Shown: positions 29,027-38,448 of the stretch, one piece after another
Layout: each line of letters begins with the position of its first letter
Numbering within the stretch: the stretch's first letter is position 1
Sequence record: MN508616.2
Source of the DNA: Escherichia phage ES19
Length of the DNA stretch: 64,000 nt
Reading direction: 5' to 3' (one strand)
Translations under genes and position numbers: made by a program
Notes under the pieces: generated by a model
Database searches by the model: none
What the model was told of the DNA's origin: nothing
The model's input: the letters and a program-made list of their open reading frames with translations, nothing else

Positions 29027-29235
29027 TTCGGTTTACCTTCTTTAACGAAATCTGGATAAGGATAAAATCCCGAATAAAATCCTTCACCTTTATGATTGAT
29101 GCATCCTTTATTAGAACAATAGCACCAATAATCGAAATCACAAGCCATTTCATCGTTGCATAAAGCAAAAACAACTGGCCATTTACACTTTTCACAATGG
29201 GCATTTTTAAGAATACTAGTTTGGCTCATAACCAT
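29023..29235 (-). CDS. Cys-rich small protein (putative Zn-binding)
   Basis: 70 aa; HCEKC ... CNDEMAC ... CYCSNKGC; preferred over the overlapping frame 29019..29204 because of stop/start coupling with the downstream ORF. Confidence 0.4.
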   Translation of the reverse strand: MVMSQTSILKNAHCEKCKWPVVFALCNDEMACDFDYWCYCSNKGCINHKGEGFYSGFYPYPDFVKEGKPK

Positions 29236-29453
29236 GTAACCTTTAAGCAGTATTCTTCTACATGCTGTTTACGACCTTTCTTATCAATAAAGGTATATTC
29301 AACGAATGTTCCAATGTAGTCTTTATCTACATCATGCGGACTATTAATTGGACATTTAGTACGGCAAATGCGTTCCCATTGACGAATAATTACTGCCTTA
29401 TTCTTTGGGTCATATGGATGTGGATAATGTATATTCATAATAACGGTTCCCAA
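29226..29453 (-). CDS. hypothetical protein
   Basis: 75-aa ORF. Confidence 0.45.
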   Translation of the reverse strand: MGTVIMNIHYPHPYDPKNKAVIIRQWERICRTKCPINSPHDVDKDYIGTFVEYTFIDKKGRKQHVEEYCLKVTWL

Positions 29454-29902
29454 TCAACAATCACAATTTCTAATTTAGAGGAATATGTATCTAAAATCCC
29501 CTCAATAATATCCCAGTTCCCTTTACCTATGCCTGCACCAATCCTAGGCATATAGATTGTAGGTTTAATCAGTTTATTTTCACCAAACTCATTTAATTCT
29601 AACATACAATTCATTAAAGCGGAATACTCAAAATTTGGCCCTGGTTGAAATTGAGTATAAAGGTTGAAGCAATACGCTTTATGAGTCCTAAAGTATTTTT
29701 CATAGACTGAGTAAGAACCGAGTTTAGTTACATCACCCCATTCAGTCTGTAATTTATCAGCTTCCAAAATTTTAGGGAAAGCTTTGGTTAATTGACCCGC
29801 TACGCCTGAACCCATAGTATGAAAACAATTGCATCCATGCGCAATATTTTTACCTTCAGCGAAAAGGGTGACAATATCGCCCTTGATATATTTTACAATC
29901 AT
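29435..29902 (-). CDS. macrodomain-like protein (putative ADP-ribose binding/processing)
   Basis: 155 aa; motifs in macrodomain order: GDIVT, NIAHGCN, GSGVAGQL, IGAGIGKG; call rests on motif pattern only. Confidence 0.45.
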   Translation of the reverse strand: MIVKYIKGDIVTLFAEGKNIAHGCNCFHTMGSGVAGQLTKAFPKILEADKLQTEWGDVTKLGSYSVYEKYFRTHKAYCFNLYTQFQPGPNFEYSALMNCMLELNEFGENKLIKPTIYMPRIGAGIGKGNWDIIEGILDTYSSKLEIVIVDWEPLL

Positions 29903-30240
29903 CTAGTACTCAATCCTCGATTATAAGAATCTACCAAACGGTCAACCATTGAATGACAAGCGGCTTTATCTTTCTCCTCCGCAACTGAACATTCTAAGGT
30001 ATTCCACTTTTTAGCATATCGTTTTAATAATGTATCGTTTTTGTATCTGCTTGATTTATCTCTTTCTCCGTCTTTATATGCATATATTAATTTCTGCGCA
30101 AATTCAGCTTGGCATGCTTTATTTTTCCCACAATAATCCGCGGCAGTACGGTTTACATACTCTCTAATTTCAGTATATGATGTATCTGCTAACGCAGAAA
30201 ATGAAATTAATCCTATACATAAAACCAAAATTTTAGTCAT
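29899..30240 (-). CDS. secreted/periplasmic small protein
   Basis: 113 aa; N-terminal signal-peptide-like MTKILVLCIGLISFSALA; four Cys. Confidence 0.5.
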   Translation of the reverse strand: MTKILVLCIGLISFSALADTSYTEIREYVNRTAADYCGKNKACQAEFAQKLIYAYKDGERDKSSRYKNDTLLKRYAKKWNTLECSVAEEKDKAACHSMVDRLVDSYNRGLSTR

Positions 30241-30778
30241 TTACTATTTCCAAAAGTTTATTATTTTTAAGGTAATTAGCCTTTTCTAGGACTTCAGAAG
30301 CATATTTAGAACCAGCTTTAACATTCCATCCCGAATTATAAGAGGATATTGCTTTTCTTATATCGCCCTTATGTATATTTAACCAATAAGAAAGTTCAAT
30401 GTACGCCCAGGAAGCTGAATTGGATCGTTTATTCAACATTCTTTTTATTTCAGCATCGGTCATATTATAACCAAGTTCCTTAACTCTTGCTCGCATAGTA
30501 GGCAAATAATTTTGGAACATTCCATAAGCGTGATGCTTTGGTTTAGATTTTAAATTAACTCCGCCAGAGCTTTCTTGCCATAAAATGGCTGCCATTATAT
30601 GGCCTAATCCGCTCTTGTGGATGTTTTTGTGTGTTTTATATTTTCCATCCTTAGAAAATTGTTCCCCGAATTGATACGCGTAACGCATGTTATCGAGTTG
30701 GACATTACTGAAAGTATGCTCGGAGCTATGTGCCATCATTGAAATGGCCAATAGACCAGCGAGTAGTGCTTTTCTCAT
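30233..30778 (-). CDS. exported lytic transglycosylase-like protein (SLT domain)
   Basis: 181 aa; signal peptide MRKALLAGLLAISMMAHS; ILWQESSGG catalytic-Glu motif and YGMFQ motif. Confidence 0.55.
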   Translation of the reverse strand: MRKALLAGLLAISMMAHSSEHTFSNVQLDNMRYAYQFGEQFSKDGKYKTHKNIHKSGLGHIMAAILWQESSGGVNLKSKPKHHAYGMFQNYLPTMRARVKELGYNMTDAEIKRMLNKRSNSASWAYIELSYWLNIHKGDIRKAISSYNSGWNVKAGSKYASEVLEKANYLKNNKLLEIVND

Positions 30779-30785
30779 GCTTACC

Positions 30786-31247
30786 TCATTGAGTTTTAAT
30801 TACTGCTTTAGAAGCCTTTCCTGGTAAACGACGACTGTTGATAATTGCCATCCTGCATTGAAGTGACGGGTTTTTGAACTTCTCATTAGGCTTACAAACC
30901 GTAAATCCAAGCCAAAGATTTCCATCTGTGATTTCTAAACGTCCAGGACGATATTCAACCCCATCAATAAAATCCTCGTCAATGTCAGGACGCGGAGGCA
31001 TACTCAGGAATTCATTAACTTCTAAAACATGGTCTTTTATTTTATGGAATAATTCAAAAACATATGTCTCATCAATCTCCCGTTGAATTGCACGATCAAG
31101 AAGATGTTGAGAATATTTTAGATGAAACGATGAGACTCCTGCTGCTTTTGATGCCTCACGAATCTCATTGTTAATTTGACGAAACTCCGACTCAAAATGA
31201 CGACGAAGCTTATTTCGACGGATAAAAACTTCTGTATTGATAGTCAT
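30786..31247 (-). CDS. regB: site-specific endoribonuclease RegB
   Basis: 153 aa, T4 RegB length; downstream of an early promoter with RBS GAGGAGAA. Confidence 0.65.
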   Translation of the reverse strand: MTINTEVFIRRNKLRRHFESEFRQINNEIREASKAAGVSSFHLKYSQHLLDRAIQREIDETYVFELFHKIKDHVLEVNEFLSMPPRPDIDEDFIDGVEYRPGRLEITDGNLWLGFTVCKPNEKFKNPSLQCRMAIINSRRLPGKASKAVIKTQ

Positions 31248-31274
31248 GTTGTTCTCCTCTTAACTGATAGAAAA

Positions 31275-31303
31275 ATTATACCACAGTCAAGAGGAAAAGT
31301 AAA
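31275..31303 (-). promoter_or_regulatory. sigma70-type early promoter (TTTACT-17-TATAAT, extended TGG)
   Basis: Read on the minus strand upstream of regB. Confidence 0.5.
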
Positions 31304-31306
31304 CAG

Positions 31307-31627
31307 TTATTCTTTAAATCTAATCAATTTATTCATAGACTTTGAAACTTCTGCACGAACCTCATGTAGATTTTTGAGCTGTTCAAGACGCTGCGTATAG
31401 TAAGCAATTTCATCTTCTTCGAGACAGTCCTGTGAATCTTCTTTAAGATACCGTGCATAGTCCTGGAAAGCGTTACGGACTACTTCCTGGAAGTCATCAA
31501 GACTTTGAATTTTCTTAGGAGCAGCAGACACACGACGAGGGGCAGTATAATACTCATAACCAAACCCTGCGCTTAATTGAGCCATTAGTATTTTTCCTCT
31601 GGTTGGAACACAGCACGACAAGCCCAC
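31307..31627 (-). CDS. hypothetical protein (vs.x cluster)
   Basis: 106-aa ORF. Confidence 0.45.
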   Translation of the reverse strand: MGLSCCVPTRGKILMAQLSAGFGYEYYTAPRRVSAAPKKIQSLDDFQEVVRNAFQDYARYLKEDSQDCLEEDEIAYYTQRLEQLKNLHEVRAEVSKSMNKLIRFKE

Positions 31628-31887
31628 ATACTGGCTTCTTTGAGTTTCGTTTTAGCAATAGCTAACTGATCGAGGCTTTCAGCATAATTCTTCGCGAGTT
31701 CAAAGTCTTCGCAATTATCTAGTGCTTCCCAGAATTCATCATATAAAGCATCAAAGATAAGTCCTAAACGAACTTCAGCGTCTTTAATAGCATTTACTTT
31801 ACCGATTTTTTCGTCGGTATGTGGCTTATAACCTTTAATATCTTCAATCATATTTGACTTCCTCACCAGTACATAAATCGTATTCAA
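31585..31887 (-). CDS. hypothetical protein (vs.x cluster)
   Basis: 100-aa ORF; start may be the internal Met (MIEDIKG...). Confidence 0.45.
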   Translation of the reverse strand: MNTIYVLVRKSNMIEDIKGYKPHTDEKIGKVNAIKDAEVRLGLIFDALYDEFWEALDNCEDFELAKNYAESLDQLAIAKTKLKEASMWACRAVFQPEEKY

Positions 31888-32065
31888 CTAAACGAATAGG
31901 TTCATGAATGCCATATCCCTGAACAGAAATTTCTGTCGTAGGATAAATTCCACTAATATCACCCATATTCCACGCTTCATTAAATTGCTGTTCGCCTGAA
32001 TTACTAAACCATTCTGCGAAAGCATTTAACACATCTTTAGAACCTTCAATAATTATCTTTGCCAT
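31844..32065 (-). CDS. hypothetical protein (vs.x cluster)
   Basis: 73-aa ORF. Confidence 0.45.
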   Translation of the reverse strand: MAKIIIEGSKDVLNAFAEWFSNSGEQQFNEAWNMGDISGIYPTTEISVQGYGIHEPIRLVEYDLCTGEEVKYD

Positions 32066-32074
32066 TACAAGCTC

Positions 32075-32269
32075 TCAGTAAAGGTACGAGATTTTAACTG
32101 TAGGCTGTGGCTCAATTTCAATTTCACGGGCATGCAAACCGTAGAAAATTTCTGGGTCTACAAAAGAGTCCACTTTAAAGGTTTTAGAGACAATAATTCG
32201 TGCTTGAATACCATCTTCAAAATAAATAGTACCTTTATGTGTGCCTTCAAGAATTTGATATGCTTTCAT
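32075..32269 (-). CDS. hypothetical protein (vs.x cluster)
   Basis: 64-aa ORF. Confidence 0.45.
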   Translation of the reverse strand: MKAYQILEGTHKGTIYFEDGIQARIIVSKTFKVDSFVDPEIFYGLHAREIEIEPQPTVKISYLY

Positions 32270-32275
32270 ATAACC

Positions 32276-32656
32276 TCAATTAGAAAATAATTTTATCCAA
32301 GATTGTTCTTTAATTAAAAATGGCTCAGAATCATATGCCATTAAACTTTGAGTAATTAATCCTTTAAATGGTCCATCAATAAATTCCATGGTAAAATATG
32401 GAATTTTATTCATTAATCTTGCATTAGGAGCAGTGCACAAAACTCTGCATCCTTTGAATACACCTTTTTGTAATTTGTATTGCTTGGGATAAAATTCGCT
32501 CAAGACGTTGTTATTTGCCAAAATTTCAAAATGATTCACCAATTTATTTTTAATAGTTTTTGGCGAAAAATAAAGATATTCGAAAAGTTGCGTATCTGTC
32601 ATCATTGCATTCCAATTACGAAAAACTGCGGACGAGTAATACCGCCAATGCAGCAT
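32276..32656 (-). CDS. hypothetical protein (vs.x cluster)
   Basis: 126-aa ORF. Confidence 0.45.
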   Translation of the reverse strand: MLHWRYYSSAVFRNWNAMMTDTQLFEYLYFSPKTIKNKLVNHFEILANNNVLSEFYPKQYKLQKGVFKGCRVLCTAPNARLMNKIPYFTMEFIDGPFKGLITQSLMAYDSEPFLIKEQSWIKLFSN

Positions 32657-33189
32657 TTACTATTGCAGCAGTGTTGCACAGTTTCAATATGAATATCGTA
32701 AATCTTATCCATATCAGGAGATTTGACAGGCTCATCAATTATATACAAAATTCGCGAAAGCGATAAACCTCTGAACTTGCTTCCTTTATTACCAATAAAA
32801 CTGCGTACAGAATCAGTAAATAAACGAAAACGTATATCATCATTAGAATAACGTGAAAATTCCTTTTTAATGTTATTTGCAGAAATTTTAGCGTAAGCTG
32901 AAGTATTAGAAAGAACAATAACTGTTCCGCCATCATACAACCAATTAGCAGCAAAGTTAGTCACAGCAATTGATTTACCAGATTGACGTCCACCGTCTAG
33001 TCGAAGTGTGCAATACTGTTTAAGCAAGTCTTCAAATGGCAGGATATATTCGTTTTTACAAATTTCTTCTACTCTAGCATCAGAATGGTGTGTAAAAGCA
33101 TTCATCAGGGATAGATAAGGACCAGTTAAAAATGTTCTCATTTTATTCTCTCTAAATTTGGGCCATTCCATGGCGCATGAATTGTCCAT
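32602..33189 (-). CDS. hypothetical protein with P-loop-like motif
   Basis: 195 aa; GGRQSGKS resembles Walker A; start uncertain. Confidence 0.4.
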   Translation of the reverse strand: MDNSCAMEWPKFRENKMRTFLTGPYLSLMNAFTHHSDARVEEICKNEYILPFEDLLKQYCTLRLDGGRQSGKSIAVTNFAANWLYDGGTVIVLSNTSAYAKISANNIKKEFSRYSNDDIRFRLFTDSVRSFIGNKGSKFRGLSLSRILYIIDEPVKSPDMDKIYDIHIETVQHCCNSKCCIGGITRPQFFVIGMQ

Positions 33190-33286
33190 TTCTGTATTTA
33201 CCCATTACCGCACTTGGGCTCGACCTTATTACAGGTTGGTGGGAATCCCTCACAGAATCATGAGGTCCAGGTTATTCCCATGTTAT

Positions 33287-33703
33287 TTAAATGTAAATAT
33301 TTTTGCCGTAATACTTATACCAGTGTGGCTTCATTAAAATTTTTTCATCGAGTCGTTGTTGACTCAACTTAATAGCTGATTTGCATGGATTATAATCATT
33401 TTTCCATTCTACTGGAATATCGCTGATGTCAGGAACTTCAGTATCTTTTATACTGAACCCGCGTTTTAAGCATTCCGTTATAATGTCCGATTGACGCTTT
33501 CGCAAAAATTCTAACTTATCGTAAAAGAAAGTAACATGACCAGAACCTAAAATAAATTTAGAAGATATTTTAAAATCTTTAACGCGCTTACCGTTTGCCA
33601 CATGCTTACGAACTATACCAAAAACACGCGGCAATTCACGGTATTCTGCGATTAAATGTTGATCAGCAAGTTCAGATACTAAAGTCAAATTAATACGAGT
33701 CAT
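33287..33703 (-). CDS. denV: endonuclease V (pyrimidine-dimer DNA glycosylase)
   Basis: 138 aa; [17 protein letters not shown] ... [10 protein letters not shown] matches T4 DenV as recalled. Confidence 0.9.
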   Translation of the reverse strand: MTRINLTLVSELADQHLIAEYRELPRVFGIVRKHVANGKRVKDFKISSKFILGSGHVTFFYDKLEFLRKRQSDIITECLKRGFSIKDTEVPDISDIPVEWKNDYNPCKSAIKLSQQRLDEKILMKPHWYKYYGKNIYI

Positions 33704-33728
33704 TTTATCCCTCCAAGTAACTGTGAAT

Positions 33729-33757
33729 ATACTATCACAATTCTAGGAGAAAGTAAA
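33729..33757 (-). promoter_or_regulatory. sigma70-type early promoter for denV (TTTACT-17-TAGTAT)
   Basis: Lies in the 59-bp gap between the e stop and denV start. Confidence 0.45.
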
Positions 33758-33762
33758 TAGCT

Positions 33763-34293
<531 letters not shown>

Positions 34294-34749
34294 TTAAAAG
34301 AGGCTGTTCATTATTCGGTAAAGTGAAGGACCCATCACATATTGCCACTGAGTACGAGGAATAAGAGCAAAAGCATCCATCTCTGGAATCATAACGCCAT
34401 CTTTATTTTCAAAATAAGACTCGCAATGGCAATTTCTAAACATCTCATGCTCTACTGGAATCGTATAATAAAATAACTGTAAGTCTTTATTACTAGAATA
34501 TTTAAATACACCTAAGTCTTCTAGAAGGTCTGGATTATAATCGATAAAACCAGTCTCTTCTGAGCATTCTCTTTTTGCAGCTTCCAGTGCATTCAAATCA
34601 GAACTTTCTACACGCCCCTTTGGAATATCCCAGCGATGTGCAATCATTCCAGGTTTACGAGAACCGGTAACTCGTCCCATAAATAAATCTTTATCTTCTG
34701 TCATAAAGATAATACCAGCTGATAATGTTTTCATTTTAATTTCCTGCAT
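34294..34749 (-). CDS. nudE: Nudix hydrolase
   Basis: 151 aa; Nudix box GRVESSDLNALEAAKRECSEETG. Confidence 0.8.
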   Translation of the reverse strand: MQEIKMKTLSAGIIFMTEDKDLFMGRVTGSRKPGMIAHRWDIPKGRVESSDLNALEAAKRECSEETGFIDYNPDLLEDLGVFKYSSNKDLQLFYYTIPVEHEMFRNCHCESYFENKDGVMIPEMDAFALIPRTQWQYVMGPSLYRIMNSLF

Positions 34750-35219
34750 TCAGTGATAAAATTATTTAATTTTTGAGCATATTTCTTTTCATCAAAAATC
34801 TTTTGTTGTCTGCGTAAACGCCATGGCATTTCAATGAACATACGCCATATTCCTGATAATACTGCTGCTGTAAAAATATTAACAAGTATAGTTAAAAGAA
34901 CCCAATCTCCTATTCTGTCCATTGGATTTTTTATAAAAAAGTAAAATACGAACGATGATATAGGAAGACTAATGATATACCACAGAAGAACCTTCTTATC
35001 TGTGAACCAATCAGCATTCGTTAACTTAGCGCGACCGTTTTGAATACATACGAACTTATCATCTGTTACAGTAAATGGCTTAGCTGCTTGATATCCCATT
35101 CTAAACTCCCTAATCAACAAATTTTTCATATCTTCGGAACAACCATTCCAGTCAACTCTATCAACTGAAATGCCATCATCCCCATCATCTAAATCATACC
35201 AGCGAGTTTTTAAAATCAT
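34731..35219 (-). CDS. membrane protein (e.x cluster)
   Basis: 162 aa with hydrophobic segments. Confidence 0.45.
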   Translation of the reverse strand: MILKTRWYDLDDGDDGISVDRVDWNGCSEDMKNLLIREFRMGYQAAKPFTVTDDKFVCIQNGRAKLTNADWFTDKKVLLWYIISLPISSFVFYFFIKNPMDRIGDWVLLTILVNIFTAAVLSGIWRMFIEMPWRLRRQQKIFDEKKYAQKLNNFITECRKLK

Positions 35220-35578
35220 TTAATTTTCCTACAATCACTCACAAACTCTTTCATTGACTCATTTTCAATATAAGACATGTAGCTATTATATTCTTTTAAT
35301 TGTATTTTGTAATCTTTTTTTCTTTGCCAATTTATTTTAAAATTATCATAATGAAAATATAAAATGATACCAAAGAATGAAAACAATGAAATAATTTTAG
35401 TATAACAAAGCTCACTCCAAACTTCTGTTATATTTACTGTGCCGTCGATGTTTAAAATAAGACAGTCAATTAACAATCCAAAAAGACTACCTGCAAGAGC
35501 TGCAGCCAACGCCACAGCAAAAATTAAAAATGACTCAGAAAACGAATATTTGACTTTATTTAGTTTTGGCTTTTGCAT
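35216..35578 (-). CDS. membrane protein (e.x cluster)
   Basis: 120 aa, two predicted transmembrane segments. Confidence 0.45.
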   Translation of the reverse strand: MQKPKLNKVKYSFSESFLIFAVALAAALAGSLFGLLIDCLILNIDGTVNITEVWSELCYTKIISLFSFFGIILYFHYDNFKINWQRKKDYKIQLKEYNSYMSYIENESMKEFVSDCRKIK

Positions 35579-35973
35579 CGTGATTCCTTAACAAATTTCA
35601 TAATTTCATCAAATTCATACGCAGCAAGTTTAAGCTGATGTTCCTTTTTAATCTTTTTACACTGTGCTTTCCAATCACGTACGCGTTTACGATAATGCCT
35701 TCCTTGATACCAGTATCCTACCCAATTTACGGGTACTAATAAAAGTGGAACTATTAATGGAAGAATTAGCATTAACACAAGTATTTCGCCAGAATCAATA
35801 TCAGTCATAACATCTAAAACACCTCCAATAATCAATAGAATTACAAATGATATGAGTATAACAGGACCTATTAACACATCAGTAGAAATTATCTGACGCT
35901 TTAATTCATACTTCAACGGTTTACTTGGAAGGTATAGTGATGGCTTTGACATATTCTCTACATTCCTTAACAA
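35560..35973 (-). CDS. membrane protein (e.x cluster)
   Basis: 137 aa, two predicted transmembrane segments. Confidence 0.45.
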   Translation of the reverse strand: MLRNVENMSKPSLYLPSKPLKYELKRQIISTDVLIGPVILISFVILLIIGGVLDVMTDIDSGEILVLMLILPLIVPLLLVPVNWVGYWYQGRHYRKRVRDWKAQCKKIKKEHQLKLAAYEFDEIMKFVKESRCKSQN

Positions 35974-36529
35974 ATTTTTCTAGTAATAAATCACTTTCAA
36001 AATTGGGATTTTCTACAAATTTATCAAAAAGATCATCAACAATAGTTAAGATATTCTTTTTACTAAGAATACGTTTATTTTCATGCTTCGTTTCAGAATC
36101 AACTATAAGAGTAAAGAAATATTTCTTGCCCTGAAATTTTACAGTAGTATCAATATAAAATAAATTTGACTTTTGTAAATTACGTTTAAACCATGCGTCA
36201 CTTAAACTATAAACACCGAGATAATCAAAATCGTCGTTTAAATAACAAACCGTCCATTCAGGAGAAATGAAATCAGTAAATTCAACATCAAAATCACACG
36301 TCAATGAATGAATTGATTCAATACTGTTAATGAGTATTCCAGGACGTATTAAAGACTTTTTACCTCTAGAAAATCTTCCGGAAAGGCTTTCATCAGTTTC
36401 ATATGAAGACCCCCAATAGTAATTACGTCCTTCTGCCATGCGTTTAAGAGCATTTAGTAATTGGTCTGGAACATCAACCTGTCTTTGAAACTCTTCAAAC
36501 ATTGAATTGAAATCACTTTGCATTTTCAT
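35921..36529 (-). CDS. hypothetical protein (e.x cluster)
   Basis: 202-aa ORF; start uncertain. Confidence 0.45.
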   Translation of the reverse strand: MKMQSDFNSMFEEFQRQVDVPDQLLNALKRMAEGRNYYWGSSYETDESLSGRFSRGKKSLIRPGILINSIESIHSLTCDFDVEFTDFISPEWTVCYLNDDFDYLGVYSLSDAWFKRNLQKSNLFYIDTTVKFQGKKYFFTLIVDSETKHENKRILSKKNILTIVDDLFDKFVENPNFESDLLLEKFVKECREYVKAITIPSK

Positions 36530-36549
36530 TCCTATTTACTCCAAGTAAT

Positions 36550-36566
36550 AGGGGCCCGAAGCCCCT
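36550..36566 (-). terminator. GC stem-loop aggggc-ccgaa-gcccct
   Basis: Read directly in the intergenic region; no clear U-tract. Confidence 0.3.
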
Positions 36567-36571
36567 TATCA

Positions 36572-37165
36572 TTATTTCAGAGAATTAATATATTCCTGAA
36601 CATCGGCAGAGGTAGTTTCAACCCCAGAAATATTACCATTAAAGGTTTCAACTCGAGCAAGAGTATCTTCAATATCAACCTTAGTCAGTGCTGCAATTTC
36701 AACTACATCATCAGCAGTACTAATTCCAAGGGCATTCGCTGCACGAGTTTCACGGATATATTCCAATTTAACCGCAAGTTCTTGACGAGCATCATCTAAC
36801 TCAACTACTTTCTTGGCGATTTCAATTCGCATTTCAGCATAACCGTCAGCCTTAGTAGTCAACTGCTCAGCTGTTCGACGATATAGTAAACCGAGTTTAG
36901 CATGCATTGTTACATCTTGGCCTTCGGAAAGAAGTTTACGAATTTCACGCTCTTTTGATTCGGCCTGTCGATTCTTTTCGATAACAAGTTCACGAATACG
37001 TTTTTCTTCGTTAATAGATTTAACAGAAGCAGTTTTTAGATCTTTAATTTTATCAAGTAGTTTTGCTGCTGCAGCAGTATACTGTTCTTCGACAGATAGA
37101 TTTTTAGCCATAGCAGAACCAAGTTTAGTGCGAATAAACTCAACAATTTTCTTCAGTGTGTTCAT
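36572..37165 (-). CDS. coiled-coil protein (e.x cluster)
   Basis: 197 aa, largely helical/charged. Confidence 0.45.
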   Translation of the reverse strand: MNTLKKIVEFIRTKLGSAMAKNLSVEEQYTAAAAKLLDKIKDLKTASVKSINEEKRIRELVIEKNRQAESKEREIRKLLSEGQDVTMHAKLGLLYRRTAEQLTTKADGYAEMRIEIAKKVVELDDARQELAVKLEYIRETRAANALGISTADDVVEIAALTKVDIEDTLARVETFNGNISGVETTSADVQEYINSLK

Positions 37166-37266
37166 AGTATTTCCTTAGGTTAATTGAGATTTAAAATCCG
37201 TAGGAGTATAATACTCTATCGTCAAATTATAGGCTCATAATATCTCAATCATGAGCCTGCGTAAAC

Positions 37267-37530
37267 TTATTTCATATTATTGAAATATTCTTCTGCGATT
37301 TCGTCGTTATCATGGTAAACTTTAGAAGACAGTTTAACATAACCTTCTGCTGTGAACATATTAATCACAACTTTTACAGTATACCACTGACCGTCTTCAT
37401 TACCCATTACTGCGTAAGTTTCAAACATCGGATGATCAGGACCGATAACTTTAATATCATTCACTGTACGACCGAAATCTTCTGAAACGCATTTCATAAA
37501 GAAGTTGAACAGTTCGCCGTAATTATCCAT
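37267..37530 (-). CDS. hypothetical protein
   Basis: 87 aa from ATG at 37530 with RBS GGAGAATGAA; the track start 37650 lies upstream of the promoter. Confidence 0.45.
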   Translation of the reverse strand: MDNYGELFNFFMKCVSEDFGRTVNDIKVIGPDHPMFETYAVMGNEDGQWYTVKVVINMFTAEGYVKLSSKVYHDNDEIAEEYFNNMK

Positions 37531-37573
37531 TTCATTCTCCAAGTTGTTTTCTGTATCAGTAGTTGATAGTTGT

Positions 37574-37602
37574 ATAGTACCATGGAAGAACAGAGATGTA
37601 AA
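37574..37602 (-). promoter_or_regulatory. sigma70-type early promoter (TTTACA-17-TACTAT)
   Basis: Same conserved module as 22040..22068 and 23479..23507. Confidence 0.5.
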
Positions 37603-37732
37603 CAGTTTTGTGAAAAAATTTTTAGGGAATTCTAGGGCAGGGATGGGCAATTAAAGGATAGGATAATATATTATAAAGGGTATAAACTAAATGATGCCTA
37701 GAGAGGTCCAGAAAGGCCTAGATACCAAAAAG

Positions 37733-37751
37733 CCCTATCATTTAGATAGGG
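37733..37751 (-). terminator. stem-loop ccctatc-attta-gataggg with U-tract
   Basis: Preceded on plus by aaaaag; directly after the stop of 37760..38323. Confidence 0.5.
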
Positions 37752-37759
37752 ATTTAAAA

Positions 37760-38323
37760 TTATTTACCTAGTTTACTTATTATAGCTTCTGCAGCAGCTT
37801 TTAGCTTAGATGCAGTGTTAATACGATTTTTAATTTCAGTATACGCATCGCCAAGAACATCAAGGCTATCAGAATAAACACTTACACTATTGCGTTCGCT
37901 ATTTGAAATAGAACCTTTAGTTTTGCGGTCAAAATCGGTGTACACGTCTTGAAGATCGCGGGCTGCCTTCTTTGCATCATCCAATGCATCAAGAGCTTTA
38001 TTCAAAGCATTAACGTATTTTTTAGTGTCGAACATATTCTTAGAAATTTTAACAGGTGCGCGTTCAGGAGTAGCTAACACAGATTTAGGAACCTGAGCGC
38101 CAGATGCCAATTTCTTAGAAATTTTGAAAAATGCTTTATTGAATTTATTTTCTTGACTCATTGTAAAAGAACTATTATCGATGTTGTACATTTCAATAGC
38201 TTTAGCTTTCCACTTAAGAAAATCGCCGCGGTCTTTTGGGTCCAATTGGAAGAATACTTTAGTAAGATCTGCTTCAGATGGTAATTTTGCTGCTTCGGTT
38301 AAAAATTCGGCATAGGTTTTCAT
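37760..38323 (-). CDS. internal-protein-like protein with capsid-targeting-sequence-like N-terminus
   Basis: 187 aa; N-terminus MKTYAEFLTE-A resembles the T4 IP leader MKTYQEFIAE with a gp21-protease-type L-x-E site; possible late-promoter-like AATAAATA upstream. Confidence 0.45.
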   Translation of the reverse strand: MKTYAEFLTEAAKLPSEADLTKVFFQLDPKDRGDFLKWKAKAIEMYNIDNSSFTMSQENKFNKAFFKISKKLASGAQVPKSVLATPERAPVKISKNMFDTKKYVNALNKALDALDDAKKAARDLQDVYTDFDRKTKGSISNSERNSVSVYSDSLDVLGDAYTEIKNRINTASKLKAAAEAIISKLGK

Positions 38324-38417
38324 TTAAAATCCTTGAAATAATTTATCGGTTGGTTATTAATTATTTATTACTTTGTTACTATCCGTAACAGCGTTATCCG
38401 AGTGATTCAAACTAAAA

Positions 38418-38441
38418 AGCCCCAACCTTTCGGTCGGGGCT
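38418..38441 (-). terminator. rho-independent terminator (10-bp stem, GAAA loop, U-tract); copy A of a 31-bp direct repeat
   Basis: aaaaagccccaacctttcggtcggggctaag at 38414..38444, identical to 38971..39001. Confidence 0.6.
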
Positions 38442-38448
38442 AAGAATG

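Noticed and set aside
29019-29204. Minus-strand ORF 29019..29204
   Set aside because: Nearly complete overlap with 29023..29235 in another frame; the Cys-rich frame is preferred because its stop forms an ATGA overlap with the next start.
31585-32269. Assigning one of the small vs-cluster ORFs as the cyclic-oligonucleotide sponge Acb2
   Set aside because: The T4 gene for Acb2 lies in this cluster as I recall, but I cannot match any of the small ORFs here to it from memory, so no call is made.
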